Shown here one piece after another: positions 30,479 to 40,172 of a stretch of DNA of 64,000 bases; the stretch's first letter is position 1; each line of letters starts with the position of its first letter. The position numbers and the translations under genes are program-made. This DNA is from Bacteroidota bacterium (lineage in GTDB: Bacteria; Bacteroidota; Bacteroidia; Bacteroidales; FEN-979). Location of the stretch: assembly GCA_043810345.1 (NCBI GenBank), contig JBDROF010000022.1:1351-65350 (forward strand). The letters are read 5' to 3'. The notes beneath the pieces were generated by a model that saw nothing but the letters and a program-made list of their open reading frames with translations, was not told where the DNA came from and ran no database searches.

Positions 30479-31198
30479 ATGCATTTAAGTATAATCATTC
30501 CTTCATTTCATGGAGCAGATATTTTAAAGAGAAATATTCCAGGATTAATTAATTATTTTAAGGAAAAAAGTGTTCAATTTGAAATAATTATTGTTGATGA
30601 TGGTTCTAATGACAACGGATCAACGGAAAATATTGCCAATCAATTACAATGTAAATTCTTGAAACATGAAAAGAATTTAGGGAAGGGCGCTTCTGTAAGA
30701 AATGGCATACTTACGGCTGAAGGCGCTTTTAGAATATATACAGACGTCGACGTGCCATTTGAATATGTTGCATTTGAACGCTTTGTAAATTATTTAGAGG
30801 TGAAGGAATTTGACATGGTAATTGGAGACAGAACTTTGCCTGATTCAAAATATTTTGTTGATGTTTCGCGATTGCGATTTATATCAAGCAAAATATTTTC
30901 TTTTATTATTGGAAGATTTATTATTGGTGGTTATTTTGATTCGCAGTGTGGTATGAAAGGGTTCAGAGCAGCAGTTGCAAACGATTTATTTTCAGTCAGT
31001 AAGATTAATGGTTTTGCCTTTGATGTTGAATTGATATATATTGCCTTAAAAAGAAACTATGATATTAAACGATTACCAGTAGTTTTAAAATGTCAGGAGG
31101 GATCTAGTGTAAGAGTAATTCGACATGGTTTTAGAATGTTGATAGATCTTTTGATAATCATATGGAATCACAAAATGGGTTTTTATAAAAAATTGTAA
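30479..31198 (+). CDS. GT2 glycosyltransferase (polyprenol-phosphate glycosyltransferase-like), low GC
   Basis: 'LSIIIP', 'IIIVDDGSND', 'NLGKGASVRNG', 'DSQCGMKGF', 'GFAFDVEL'. Confidence 0.88.
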   Translation: MHLSIIIPSFHGADILKRNIPGLINYFKEKSVQFEIIIVDDGSNDNGSTENIANQLQCKFLKHEKNLGKGASVRNGILTAEGAFRIYTDVDVPFEYVAFERFVNYLEVKEFDMVIGDRTLPDSKYFVDVSRLRFISSKIFSFIIGRFIIGGYFDSQCGMKGFRAAVANDLFSVSKINGFAFDVELIYIALKRNYDIKRLPVVLKCQEGSSVRVIRHGFRMLIDLLIIIWNHKMGFYKKL

Positions 31199-31204
31199 TA
31201 ATAG

Positions 31205-31933
31205 ATGAATTCAAGGATGATTATTGATAGATTTCCGAAGAAAAGAATTCCATTGTCTGAAGAATATCAAAAGATTTATTATCAGCATTATCTTAATAGC
31301 AGGGAGGGTAGATCCAAAATAACTTCCTTAGTAAAAAAAATGGAATCATGGATGCACAAAAAAGTTGCAGAAGATGTTGTAAGTGAAAATAAAACAACTG
31401 CTACGCTTGAAATTGGTGCAGGCACCCTTAACCATTTAAAATATGAACCTTTACAAAATAAATATGACATCGTTGAACCTTTTGATGAATTATACAAACA
31501 TAGTCCGTTGGTTAATAGGATTGACAACATTTACAAAGATATAAATGATATACAGGGGATTCAATACGATAGAATAATTAGCATAGCTACATTTGAGCAT
31601 GTAATTGATTTACCCAGACTAGTTGCTAAAGCGGGAAGTTTGCTTGACAAGAAATGTGGGAAGTTAAGAGTTGCTATTCCGAATGAAGGTACAGTATTAT
31701 GGAACATTGGGACAAAATTAACTGGGATTTCCTTCAGGAAAAGTTATGGATTGAATTATCAAACCTTTATGCAATATGAACATCTAAACTCAGCAGATGA
31801 AATAGAGCAGGTACTGGCTTTTTTTTTCGTAACATTAAAATATTCTATTTTTGGAATTAATAAGCAATGGGCGTTTTATCGGTTTTATGAATGTTCAAAC
31901 GTAATTGAGGAAAACGTACTTCAATTCTTGTGA
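31205..31933 (+). CDS. Class I SAM-dependent methyltransferase, low GC
   Basis: 'LEIGAG' motif I, 'YDRIISIATFEHV', 'VAIPNEG'. Confidence 0.75.
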   Translation: MNSRMIIDRFPKKRIPLSEEYQKIYYQHYLNSREGRSKITSLVKKMESWMHKKVAEDVVSENKTTATLEIGAGTLNHLKYEPLQNKYDIVEPFDELYKHSPLVNRIDNIYKDINDIQGIQYDRIISIATFEHVIDLPRLVAKAGSLLDKKCGKLRVAIPNEGTVLWNIGTKLTGISFRKSYGLNYQTFMQYEHLNSADEIEQVLAFFFVTLKYSIFGINKQWAFYRFYECSNVIEENVLQFL

Positions 31934-31950
31934 AACAAAATGACACATAT

Positions 31951-32490
31951 TTACATTTGGCCTTCCCGCAGCTTTTCCCGGCACTGGTGGCAAAGACTGG
32001 AACTTTTTTGATCAATATCTTCGACATATGTGCTGGACCGCATTACGCAGGTTGGAACATGGCAGTGGATCAATCCAAACGTATGACCAAGTTCGTGGAT
32101 TACCTCTTTCTTGAACCGATCCCTCATCATCTCCTCATCCTTTTTCATTCCATACCGTTCATTGCTAAACCGGTACCACGATGCAATCCCCGTACGACCC
32201 TCCAGGTATGCCTGCCCGAAAATGTAGGTCAGAATAGGGATAAAGAGATCCACACTGAATAATCCGATGGTTTTTAACGAGTCGGAAGAGAACTTCGTAT
32301 CCACCTCTTTCAATAAATTATTGCCATTGTATTGTCGTCGGGCAAAATCATGAAAGTCACTCAAATCAAGATGCCCCTCTTTGATCTTCACCGGCAGAAG
32401 AAATTCACGTGAAACATTCTCTGCTATCATCTTCAGAAAATCCTTTTCGAAGTACCCAAAAGAAATCAATGTGATATGTTGCAGATTCAT
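31951..32490 (-). CDS. Archaemetzincin (M54) zinc metalloprotease
   Basis: 'HELGHTFGLIHC...CVM' and C-terminal 'LCHQC'; ATG 32490 avoids overlap with the upstream regulator. Confidence 0.9.
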   Translation of the reverse strand: MNLQHITLISFGYFEKDFLKMIAENVSREFLLPVKIKEGHLDLSDFHDFARRQYNGNNLLKEVDTKFSSDSLKTIGLFSVDLFIPILTYIFGQAYLEGRTGIASWYRFSNERYGMKKDEEMMRDRFKKEVIHELGHTFGLIHCHVPTCVMRSSTYVEDIDQKSSSLCHQCREKLREGQM

Positions 32491-32507
32491 GTGATCAGCA
32501 ATGATGT

Positions 32508-33848
32508 TTAATCTGCACGTTCTAATCCGTATTTTTTGATTTTCTTGTAAAGGGTCACCCGGTCCACTTTTAACGCTTTTGCTGAGCGTGATATATTCCA
32601 ACGGTACTTCGTAAGGATTTGCTGAATATGGATTTTTTCATGATCATCAAGACTTTCCACGGAGTTGTCGATCACGGTTTTACCCAGCGGAAGATCTTTC
32701 AGGCGGATCTCCTTTCCGTTGCCAATCACAATAGCACGTTCAATCATATTTTCCAATTCACGAACATTTCCGGGGAAATCAAACTCTTCCAACCGTCTCA
32801 AAGCTGCGGAGTCGATGGGAATGGGAGGTTTGTTCATGGAAGTACAGTATTTTTTAATGAAATAGTCCACGAGCAGGGGGATGTCCTCTGTTCGTTCCCG
32901 CAAGGGTGGAATATGAAGATTCACCACGTTCAGCCGGTAATAGAGGTCCTCCCGGAAGGTTCCTTTTTCCACCATGCTTTTCAAATCCCGGTTGGTGGCA
33001 CAGATGACCCTGAAATCAGATCTGATTTCCTTATTTCCGCCTACTCGTACAAAACTTTTTGACTCCAGAACCCGCAGTAGTTCTATCTGCATTTTAGGGG
33101 AAATGGTGGCAATTTCATCCAGGAAGATCGTACCCCCATCCGCCATTTCAAACCTCCCTTTACGATTATACATGGCTCCGGTAAAAGCTCCCTTTTCGTG
33201 CCCAAAAAGTTCACTCTCCAGTAAGCTTTCCGTCAACGCACCACAATGTACACTCACAAGGGGAAAGAATTTGCGCTGAGAATTGGAATGGATCGCTTTG
33301 GCAATCAGCTCTTTCCCCGTACCACTCTCTCCTGTAATAATCACCGAGGAATCCGACTGGGCTACGTGTTCAACCTGTTTAAGTACGTTCATCATCGGTT
33401 TACTGTTTCCAATCAGGTCCTCCACATTCTCCAATGAAATAACCTTCTCTTTCAGGGCTTCATTCTCCTCGGCCAGCTGGATCTGCTTGGAAGCATTCCT
33501 GATCAGATGCGACAAATCGTCGGGATCAAACGGTTTTGTTACATAATCAAATGCCCCGTCTTTTAAGGCCTGGACAGCCGTATCCACCGTGGCAAATGCG
33601 GTCATGACAATCACAATAGAATCATGTTTCAGGGATTTTATTCTCCGGAGCATCTCCAATCCGTCCATGCCAGGCATTTTAATATCTGCCAGAATGATGT
33701 CGTAATAATCGGATTCCAGTATGGACAATGCTTTTTTTGCACTTTCTGCACATTCGACGCGATAACCGTCTTCAATGAACCAGTTGTACAACGAATCTCT
33801 TACGGACTCTTCATCGTCAACAACTAATAATGAGATTTTTTTTGCCAT
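32508..33848 (-). CDS. Sigma54-dependent response regulator (receiver, AAA+, Fis HTH)
   Basis: 'VVDDE', 'DIKMPGMDG', 'GESGTGKE', 'GAFTGA', 'FLDEI', 'PGNVREL', C-terminal HTH. Confidence 0.95.
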   Translation of the reverse strand: MAKKISLLVVDDEESVRDSLYNWFIEDGYRVECAESAKKALSILESDYYDIILADIKMPGMDGLEMLRRIKSLKHDSIVIVMTAFATVDTAVQALKDGAFDYVTKPFDPDDLSHLIRNASKQIQLAEENEALKEKVISLENVEDLIGNSKPMMNVLKQVEHVAQSDSSVIITGESGTGKELIAKAIHSNSQRKFFPLVSVHCGALTESLLESELFGHEKGAFTGAMYNRKGRFEMADGGTIFLDEIATISPKMQIELLRVLESKSFVRVGGNKEIRSDFRVICATNRDLKSMVEKGTFREDLYYRLNVVNLHIPPLRERTEDIPLLVDYFIKKYCTSMNKPPIPIDSAALRRLEEFDFPGNVRELENMIERAIVIGNGKEIRLKDLPLGKTVIDNSVESLDDHEKIHIQQILTKYRWNISRSAKALKVDRVTLYKKIKKYGLERAD

Positions 33849-33850
33849 AT

Positions 33851-35518
33851 TCAGTCTCCTTTATTCCTTATTACTGGTAACGTGATGGATATGGTGGTTC
33901 CCTTTCCAGGTTCTGATTTCACTTCAACTTTCCCTTTATGACTCTGCACAATACCATGAACAATAGCCAGGCCCAGGCCAATTCCCCTGGCCCCCTGTTT
34001 TGTCGAAAAGAACGGCTCAAAAATATGCGGGATGTCTTCCGGGGAAATACCTGATCCGTTATCAGTAATTTCCAGATTGATGTGCTCATCATCAGGGTTA
34101 TTCGTGGTGATCGTGATTTCCCCGTTTTCCGATACCGCTTCGTAAGCGTTCACGAGGATGGCAACACAAGCCTGTTTGATCTGGTTTGGACAGCAATAGA
34201 TCTCCTCTCTTTTCGCAACGAAATCCTTTAAAAAACTGGCGTTAGCAATGACGATCGGGTGGGACATCAGATCATAGGTTTCATGTAATATTTCATGCAG
34301 ATGGCATACTTCGAAATCATCCTGATCTTTTCTTGAAAAATCCAGTAATCCCTTTACAATATCTCCACATCGCTTTGTTTCAACTTCAATCAGTTTCAAA
34401 TGTTTCAGGATCGTCGCCTTTTTATTGGCGTCCCATTTATCGTTCATTACCTGTTTATGTACGAGTTTAGTATAAATCAAAATGCCTGACAGGGGATTAT
34501 TGATCTCATGCGCCACCGATAGGGATAATTTTCCAAGGGAAGCTATTTTCTCAATTTGTATCAATTCCGCCTGGGCTTTTCCCAGCTCTTCAGACTTTTT
34601 CTGGACTTTATATTCCAGCTGTTGCGACCAGTTGTGCAACTCTTTTGTAGCCGATTGCAGTTTGTCAAGCATATTGTTAAATGCATAGGAAACCATCTTC
34701 AGATCGTCCAGTTGATTGGATTGGACATCCAACCGTTTACTGGTATCCCCGTTTGCCACAGCTTCACTGGCTTCAATGATGGCAGTTAATGGTTTCTTGA
34801 TTTTTTTTCTCGTAAAGATGATGATGATCAATAAAAGTAAAAGTGTGGACAGGGTTGCCAAGATGTAAGACTTTTCAAGTCCCGCATCAAGTTCTTCCAA
34901 CGGGATTTTGATCACAAAATAACCAAGCACATCATCACTTGGCTTATGTGCATGACAGGAACTTTGATAGCAGGATGGTTCATTTAAGATAGGAGCCCTG
35001 ATCAAAAGATGTCTGCAGTTGTCCTTTTTCTTATTCATCTTGCATTCACTATCGATATCCACGATTCTGATCCCCTTCTCTGTTCTGGGAAACAGTACAT
35101 TTATATTCGAATGGCAATCTTTGCAATTCGGATTGTTGTGATCCGCATAATCGTCTGAGAAGGATGAATAAACGAGGTTATCCTCTTCATCATACATATT
35201 CACATCCTTGATCCCAGGCATCTTATTGATGATGTTCAACATATTTTGCAATGCCATTTTATCGTTTTCGAGCATGGATTGATAAAGTGCTCCTTCCACG
35301 AGAAGACCTACATTATTACCGCTCCTCTGAATGACACTTTTCATATATTCCTCGTTGATCGACTTGAAGATGATCCCGAACGATATAAACAGAAAAAGAG
35401 CCAGTACCGTAATGATATAAACAACCTGACCATAAATCGATGACCGGAATTTATGAATTCTCGAAGTCAATGAATTTGTCCGGTCAGGTTTACGGATTGT
35501 ACGATTGAACCAAGTCAT
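33851..35518 (-). CDS. HAMP sensor histidine kinase with periplasmic heme-binding motifs (paralog 2)
   Basis: Two TMs; CKDCH and CYQSSCH; H-box 'VAHEINNPL'; 'DNGSGI', 'GIGLGL'. Confidence 0.92.
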   Translation of the reverse strand: MTWFNRTIRKPDRTNSLTSRIHKFRSSIYGQVVYIITVLALFLFISFGIIFKSINEEYMKSVIQRSGNNVGLLVEGALYQSMLENDKMALQNMLNIINKMPGIKDVNMYDEEDNLVYSSFSDDYADHNNPNCKDCHSNINVLFPRTEKGIRIVDIDSECKMNKKKDNCRHLLIRAPILNEPSCYQSSCHAHKPSDDVLGYFVIKIPLEELDAGLEKSYILATLSTLLLLLIIIIFTRKKIKKPLTAIIEASEAVANGDTSKRLDVQSNQLDDLKMVSYAFNNMLDKLQSATKELHNWSQQLEYKVQKKSEELGKAQAELIQIEKIASLGKLSLSVAHEINNPLSGILIYTKLVHKQVMNDKWDANKKATILKHLKLIEVETKRCGDIVKGLLDFSRKDQDDFEVCHLHEILHETYDLMSHPIVIANASFLKDFVAKREEIYCCPNQIKQACVAILVNAYEAVSENGEITITTNNPDDEHINLEITDNGSGISPEDIPHIFEPFFSTKQGARGIGLGLAIVHGIVQSHKGKVEVKSEPGKGTTISITLPVIRNKGD

Positions 35519-37200
35519 TATTCTTTTCTTTCATTCAATATCAACGGGAGGGTAATCGAAACAGCGGTACCTTTCCCCAGTTCTGATTTCACTTCAATAT
35601 GCCCGTCGTGGCTTTTCACGATGCCGTGCACAATGGCCAACCCCAAACCAATGCCACTTCCGCCTTGCTTGGTGGAAAAGAAGGGTTCCAATATATGCGG
35701 GATGTCTTCCGGGGCAACGCCTAACCCGTTATCAATGATCTCCAGTTTTACATATTTGTCGTTCGGATTAGAGGTTCTTAAAATAATCTCTCCGTTTTCC
35801 AACACAGCTTCAGAGGCATTGACAAGAATGGCCACACACGCCTGTTTGATCTGGTTCGCGCTGCAGTTAATCAAATCCGTCATGGCATCCAATTCCTTGA
35901 TAAAATGAATGTTGGCAATTTTAATAGGATGTGCCATTAAATCATAGGTTTCCTGCAAAATCTCATGAAGGTGCCTGGAGTGGAAATCATTTTGATCTGT
36001 TCTTGAAAAATCCAATAAGCCTTTGACGATATCTCCACACCGTTTTGTTTCCGTTTCAATGAGTTTCAAATGTTTAAGAATAGACTCCTTTTTGGTGGTT
36101 TCCAGATCCAGGTTGTTTAGTTGTTTATAGGCCAGCTTTGAGTAAGTCAGGATTCCCGAAAGAGGATTGTTGATCTCATGGGCAACGGATAAGGATAACC
36201 TTCCGAGAGATGCTATCCGCTCAATTTGTATCAGTTCATTTTGAGCTTCCCCTAATTCTTCTGTCTTTTTCTGCACTTTGTATTCAAGCTGCTGGGACCA
36301 GTTTTGTAATTCAACCGTAGCTGCTTGCAGGTTGTCAAGCATGTCGTTAAACGCATGAGAAACCATTCGCATATCGTCCAGTTCATTGTCCCTTATTTTC
36401 AACCTGGTACTCTTGTCTCCTTTGGTGACAGCTTCACTGGCTTTGATAATGGCGGTCAAAGGTTTTTTAATATTTTTTCTGGTAAAGAGGATTAAAAAGG
36501 ATACCAGCACCAGGGTCATCAATATGGCTAGCAGGAGAAAATCCCTCAATGATTTGCTCAGAGCAGCATCCAGGTTTTCCAGTGGGATTCTGATGACGAG
36601 TGATCCGAGTACGTCATCACCAGCTTGATGAGCATGACACGAACTCTCGTAGCAGGATTTTTGATTCAGAATTGGTGATCTGATCAGCAGATGCCTGCAA
36701 CTGGTGTCTCGCTGACTCATCTTACATTCGCTATCGATGTCGATGATTCGATACGATTTCTCTGTTCTGGGAAACATCTTCGCCAGATCCGCATGACAAT
36801 GGGTACAATTCGGATTGTTGTGACCGATTTCGTCATCAGAAAAGGAGGAGTAAACAAGGTTGTTCTCTTCATCATACATATTCACATCATCGATACCTGG
36901 CATGGTATTGATGATATCCATGGTGCTCCGCAGTGCCTCTTTGTCATTCTCAAGCATAGAGCGATACAACGCTCCTTCAACCAGGAGGCCGATATTGGTT
37001 CCACTCTGACGAACCACACTTCTCATGTACTCCTCGTTAACCGATCTGAAGATGATCCAAAACGCTACAAACAAAAAGACGGACAAGATCGTAATGACAT
37101 AGATCACGCGACTGTATACAGACGAACGGAACCTCATGTACTTAATCAGGATTGAGATCCATGGCCTGTTTCTACGTAATATATTCTTAAACGATGCCAT
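35518..37200 (-). CDS. HAMP sensor histidine kinase with periplasmic heme-binding motifs (paralog 1)
   Basis: Two TMs; CTHCH and CYESSCH; 'VAHEINNPL'; stop overlaps next start (TAATG). Confidence 0.92.
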   Translation of the reverse strand: MASFKNILRRNRPWISILIKYMRFRSSVYSRVIYVITILSVFLFVAFWIIFRSVNEEYMRSVVRQSGTNIGLLVEGALYRSMLENDKEALRSTMDIINTMPGIDDVNMYDEENNLVYSSFSDDEIGHNNPNCTHCHADLAKMFPRTEKSYRIIDIDSECKMSQRDTSCRHLLIRSPILNQKSCYESSCHAHQAGDDVLGSLVIRIPLENLDAALSKSLRDFLLLAILMTLVLVSFLILFTRKNIKKPLTAIIKASEAVTKGDKSTRLKIRDNELDDMRMVSHAFNDMLDNLQAATVELQNWSQQLEYKVQKKTEELGEAQNELIQIERIASLGRLSLSVAHEINNPLSGILTYSKLAYKQLNNLDLETTKKESILKHLKLIETETKRCGDIVKGLLDFSRTDQNDFHSRHLHEILQETYDLMAHPIKIANIHFIKELDAMTDLINCSANQIKQACVAILVNASEAVLENGEIILRTSNPNDKYVKLEIIDNGLGVAPEDIPHILEPFFSTKQGGSGIGLGLAIVHGIVKSHDGHIEVKSELGKGTAVSITLPLILNERKE

Positions 37201-37290
37201 TGTCAGATAATCGAATCAGTTAACTGGCTGCCAAAACAGCCTGTTAAGATAGAAAAAAATGGTGATAACTCACCATTTATATTCTGTTGT

Positions 37291-38010
37291 TCAAGAAGTA
37301 TGATCCAGAAAATCTTTCTGGAACTCCTCCCATATCTCAATGGGCAGATGCGAAAGGGTGTTGTCCCGGAGTTCACCTCCATCCTGCAATGCCACCAAGG
37401 CAGGTTCGGATGAATGCTTTTTCATCGACACAGCAAGAAAATCCTTAAACCTTTCCAATTCTTTCAGCGACCAGTTTGTAGCCTTCTCTGCCAGGTAATA
37501 GGAGTTTGTTTCGGCTACCCAGTTTGAGGGTTGTATTTTATAAATCCACCCTTCCTTAAAAGGATCCTCATTCAGGAGTTCAGGACTTTCGCTAAGTTCT
37601 GAGTTCGCATCCAGGATCGTTCCTGAAATGGGTGAGAATACCCTGAGATGCTTACCATCCTGTTGAATCTCCGTCAGCAATTCTCCTTTCCTGATGATTT
37701 CGCCCGGGGATTTAAGGTTACTGAACCGGACCTCACCCGTTATATGCTGCAGGAGGTCATCCATTCCCACCCTGGCAGCTCCCGACACTTCCAGATGCGT
37801 CCAGGTATGGTTTTTACTGAAAAACAGTCCCTGGGGTATTCTTAACACATTGGCTGTAAGATTCCCGATCGCTTGTTGAATCTGTTTGCCAAGCTTAATC
37901 TGTTTGGTTGACAGTTGCCAGAAAACGATCAGGATTACCAGGTAACCGATGACAAACAGGTACTCTAAACCTTTTGTATCGAAAATATCTATTCTACTGA
38001 AGCCTTCCAT
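37291..38010 (-). CDS. Membrane-anchored GcvH-like protein lacking the canonical lipoyl-Lys
   Basis: N-terminal TM; 'FSKNHTW', 'ARVGMDD', 'SPISGTI', 'LLNEDPFKEGWIYKI' H-protein fold motifs; QQDGK in place of ESVKA. Confidence 0.85.
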   Translation of the reverse strand: MEGFSRIDIFDTKGLEYLFVIGYLVILIVFWQLSTKQIKLGKQIQQAIGNLTANVLRIPQGLFFSKNHTWTHLEVSGAARVGMDDLLQHITGEVRFSNLKSPGEIIRKGELLTEIQQDGKHLRVFSPISGTILDANSELSESPELLNEDPFKEGWIYKIQPSNWVAETNSYYLAEKATNWSLKELERFKDFLAVSMKKHSSEPALVALQDGGELRDNTLSHLPIEIWEEFQKDFLDHTS

Positions 38011-39254
38011 GTTTTACTCCTTTCTTCTTGTTGAATGGTTGATTTATTTTGCTTTTTTCCGCTCACCCACCCGGGTGATTCCCGATACACCGGCATTCTT
38101 CTGACGATCCAGCGAAACACCAGAATCTGCAGAAAGATGACGGCCATACTCACGACAATCTCCTTCCAGGTGGGATAATGGAATGTTTTGTCGTACCATT
38201 GATAAGCGATCATCGAAATATTCAGGCGGTTCAATATAATTCCTATGATAGTCATGATCGCAGCTGTCCGGATCAACAGTATGTTCCGACGGTTGTAACC
38301 AAACATAAAGATGATGCAGGGAACCACCACTAAACCAACAACCTCCACAAGGTACCATGCCCCCCATGAAGTGTTGAGATAGACGCTATTTTTGCCATGT
38401 ATGAAAACCAATACAGTCATAAATAGATAGACAAACATGGTCACGCCACATACCCTGGCTAAACTCATCAGGATACTCCTGTGGGAACTTTTGAACTCAA
38501 ATGCCATGTCGTGTTTGAACACCCGCTGGTTGATCGTCTCCATGATGATCACCAGGGAAAGACCGGCGAAGATGCTGGAAATGAAGAACAGGATCGGGAT
38601 AAACTCCGAGTACCACAAGGGGTGGATCTTTGGCTTTGCCATTAAAAAAAGTGCTCCGAGTCCGGATTGATGTAACGTGGAAAGTGCGATTCCAAATATC
38701 ACTACGGCTAGTGTCAGAGAAAGAAAAAATTTCCGCTGCCGTTTCAGGGAAGCCCACTCCGTGATCGTAGGGCAGAACTCTATGAATAGCGAGATCATAT
38801 AAAGAATAAAATGCCAGGCCACCAGGAATAGGACAGAACTGATCCCAAACGAGTTGCCAATGATCGGATTGATCACCTTCCAGGGACGTCCAAGGTCCAG
38901 TAACAGTGCGCCGGCGTAAAAGATATAGGCCAGGAGGGCGTAGAGCACCGTAGCCCTTACAATCGGTCGGTACTTCTCCATCCCTACAATGTATACCATG
39001 AATGTTACCACAAAGGCTCCTCCGGCAAACGCCACACCGGTGATGACATTGAAATTGATCCACAGCCCCCACGGCATCTCCTGGGAGGCATGAATCACGG
39101 AACCCAGGCCATCTTTGAAACGGATAAAGAGTATCCATGCCGCTACAAGAATGGTGATTCCGGCAATGACATTGAACGGGGTGATGATCTTCCCCTTTGG
39201 TTTCAATTCATGCATCATGAATTTAAAAAACCCTGTGTGTTGTTCGTTGCTCAT
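37989..39254 (-). CDS. NrfD/PsrC-family membrane subunit (HybB/HmcC-like)
   Basis: ~10 TMs; 'PWGLWI', 'DLGRPW', 'LSTLHQSGLG', 'HPLWYS', 'LNRLN', 'YPTWKE'. Confidence 0.9.
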   Translation of the reverse strand: MSNEQHTGFFKFMMHELKPKGKIITPFNVIAGITILVAAWILFIRFKDGLGSVIHASQEMPWGLWINFNVITGVAFAGGAFVVTFMVYIVGMEKYRPIVRATVLYALLAYIFYAGALLLDLGRPWKVINPIIGNSFGISSVLFLVAWHFILYMISLFIEFCPTITEWASLKRQRKFFLSLTLAVVIFGIALSTLHQSGLGALFLMAKPKIHPLWYSEFIPILFFISSIFAGLSLVIIMETINQRVFKHDMAFEFKSSHRSILMSLARVCGVTMFVYLFMTVLVFIHGKNSVYLNTSWGAWYLVEVVGLVVVPCIIFMFGYNRRNILLIRTAAIMTIIGIILNRLNISMIAYQWYDKTFHYPTWKEIVVSMAVIFLQILVFRWIVRRMPVYRESPGWVSGKKQNKSTIQQEERSKTWKASVE

Positions 39255-40126
39255 GATTGCTCCTCCTTCTCTTTCTGAATTCGTTTTTTTCGCTCAAAAA
39301 ATGAATTGTTCAGGCCGAGCAAAAACGCCGGCCACAGAATCAGAACGGCAGGAACCGAATAGAGGAATGTCTTGTTATATTCAGGATATGCCTTGGTTCC
39401 AAGATCTTTCCTGAGTCCCAGTTCCTCAAAGGGTACGGAGGCAATATATAGCAAGCTTGTTCCGCCCACTTCATGCTCTCCGTAAATGGCATGATTGTAT
39501 TTCTCCGGTTCAGCGTAGATCCGGGTCCTGGCGATCTCGATCAGGTCTCTTCTCTTGCCGAACAGGAGCGCTTCCGGCGGACAAACATCCACACAGGCAG
39601 GTTTCTGACCTTCCAGAAGAAGCTCATAGCACATCCGGCATTTTTGGATCTTCGGATTCGGGTTGTTGTATTCAAATTTTGGCATATCAAACGGACAGGA
39701 GATCATGCAGGACCGGCAGCCCATGCATTTATCTTCCCGCCAGATAACCGGACCTTCATCCGTCTTTAGCATAGCTTTGGTAAGGCAGGCGGATGCACAG
39801 GCAGGTTCATTGCAATGATTGCACGATGTCCGGATAAACTGCTCTCCCTTGGAGGTGTTGTAACAATTCATCACGACACGACGTGTATCATTCGTTTTGT
39901 TAATGACTCCCGGTTCCGTTGCTTCCGTAGGAAATGGTAATTCATACTGTTCAGCACAGGCAAATTCGCAACTTTGACAGCCTATGCAAAGCGTCGAATC
40001 ATATAAGATTCCGCTGAATTCAGTATCACTCTTGTCGTCCAGTGAAGCACCAAAGCTCTTGCCCACCGTCAGAGTGACCCCTGCGAGTCCCAGGGTTTTT
40101 AAAAAGCCTCGTCGATCAATACCCAT
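39251..40126 (-). CDS. Tat-exported 4x[4Fe-4S] protein with C-terminal anchor (HybA/HmcB-like)
   Basis: 'RRGFLK'; CIGCQSCEFAC, CNHCNEPACASAC, CMGCRSCMISCP, KCRMC...PACVDVCP; 'YGEHEVGGT'; C-terminal TM. Confidence 0.92.
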   Translation of the reverse strand: MGIDRRGFLKTLGLAGVTLTVGKSFGASLDDKSDTEFSGILYDSTLCIGCQSCEFACAEQYELPFPTEATEPGVINKTNDTRRVVMNCYNTSKGEQFIRTSCNHCNEPACASACLTKAMLKTDEGPVIWREDKCMGCRSCMISCPFDMPKFEYNNPNPKIQKCRMCYELLLEGQKPACVDVCPPEALLFGKRRDLIEIARTRIYAEPEKYNHAIYGEHEVGGTSLLYIASVPFEELGLRKDLGTKAYPEYNKTFLYSVPAVLILWPAFLLGLNNSFFERKKRIQKEKEEQS

Positions 40127-40172
40127 AATATCAGATTTTAGTTATTGATGAAAACATTAGTTTTAATTGTTT

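Noticed and set aside
32491-32601. Longer archaemetzincin start overlapping the regulator
   Set aside because: ATG 32490 gives a normal-length protein without a ~90-bp overlap
33851-37200. Diversity-generating retroelement template/variable repeat pair
   Set aside because: Similarity spans whole paralogous kinases, is not adenine-specific, and no reverse transcriptase is present
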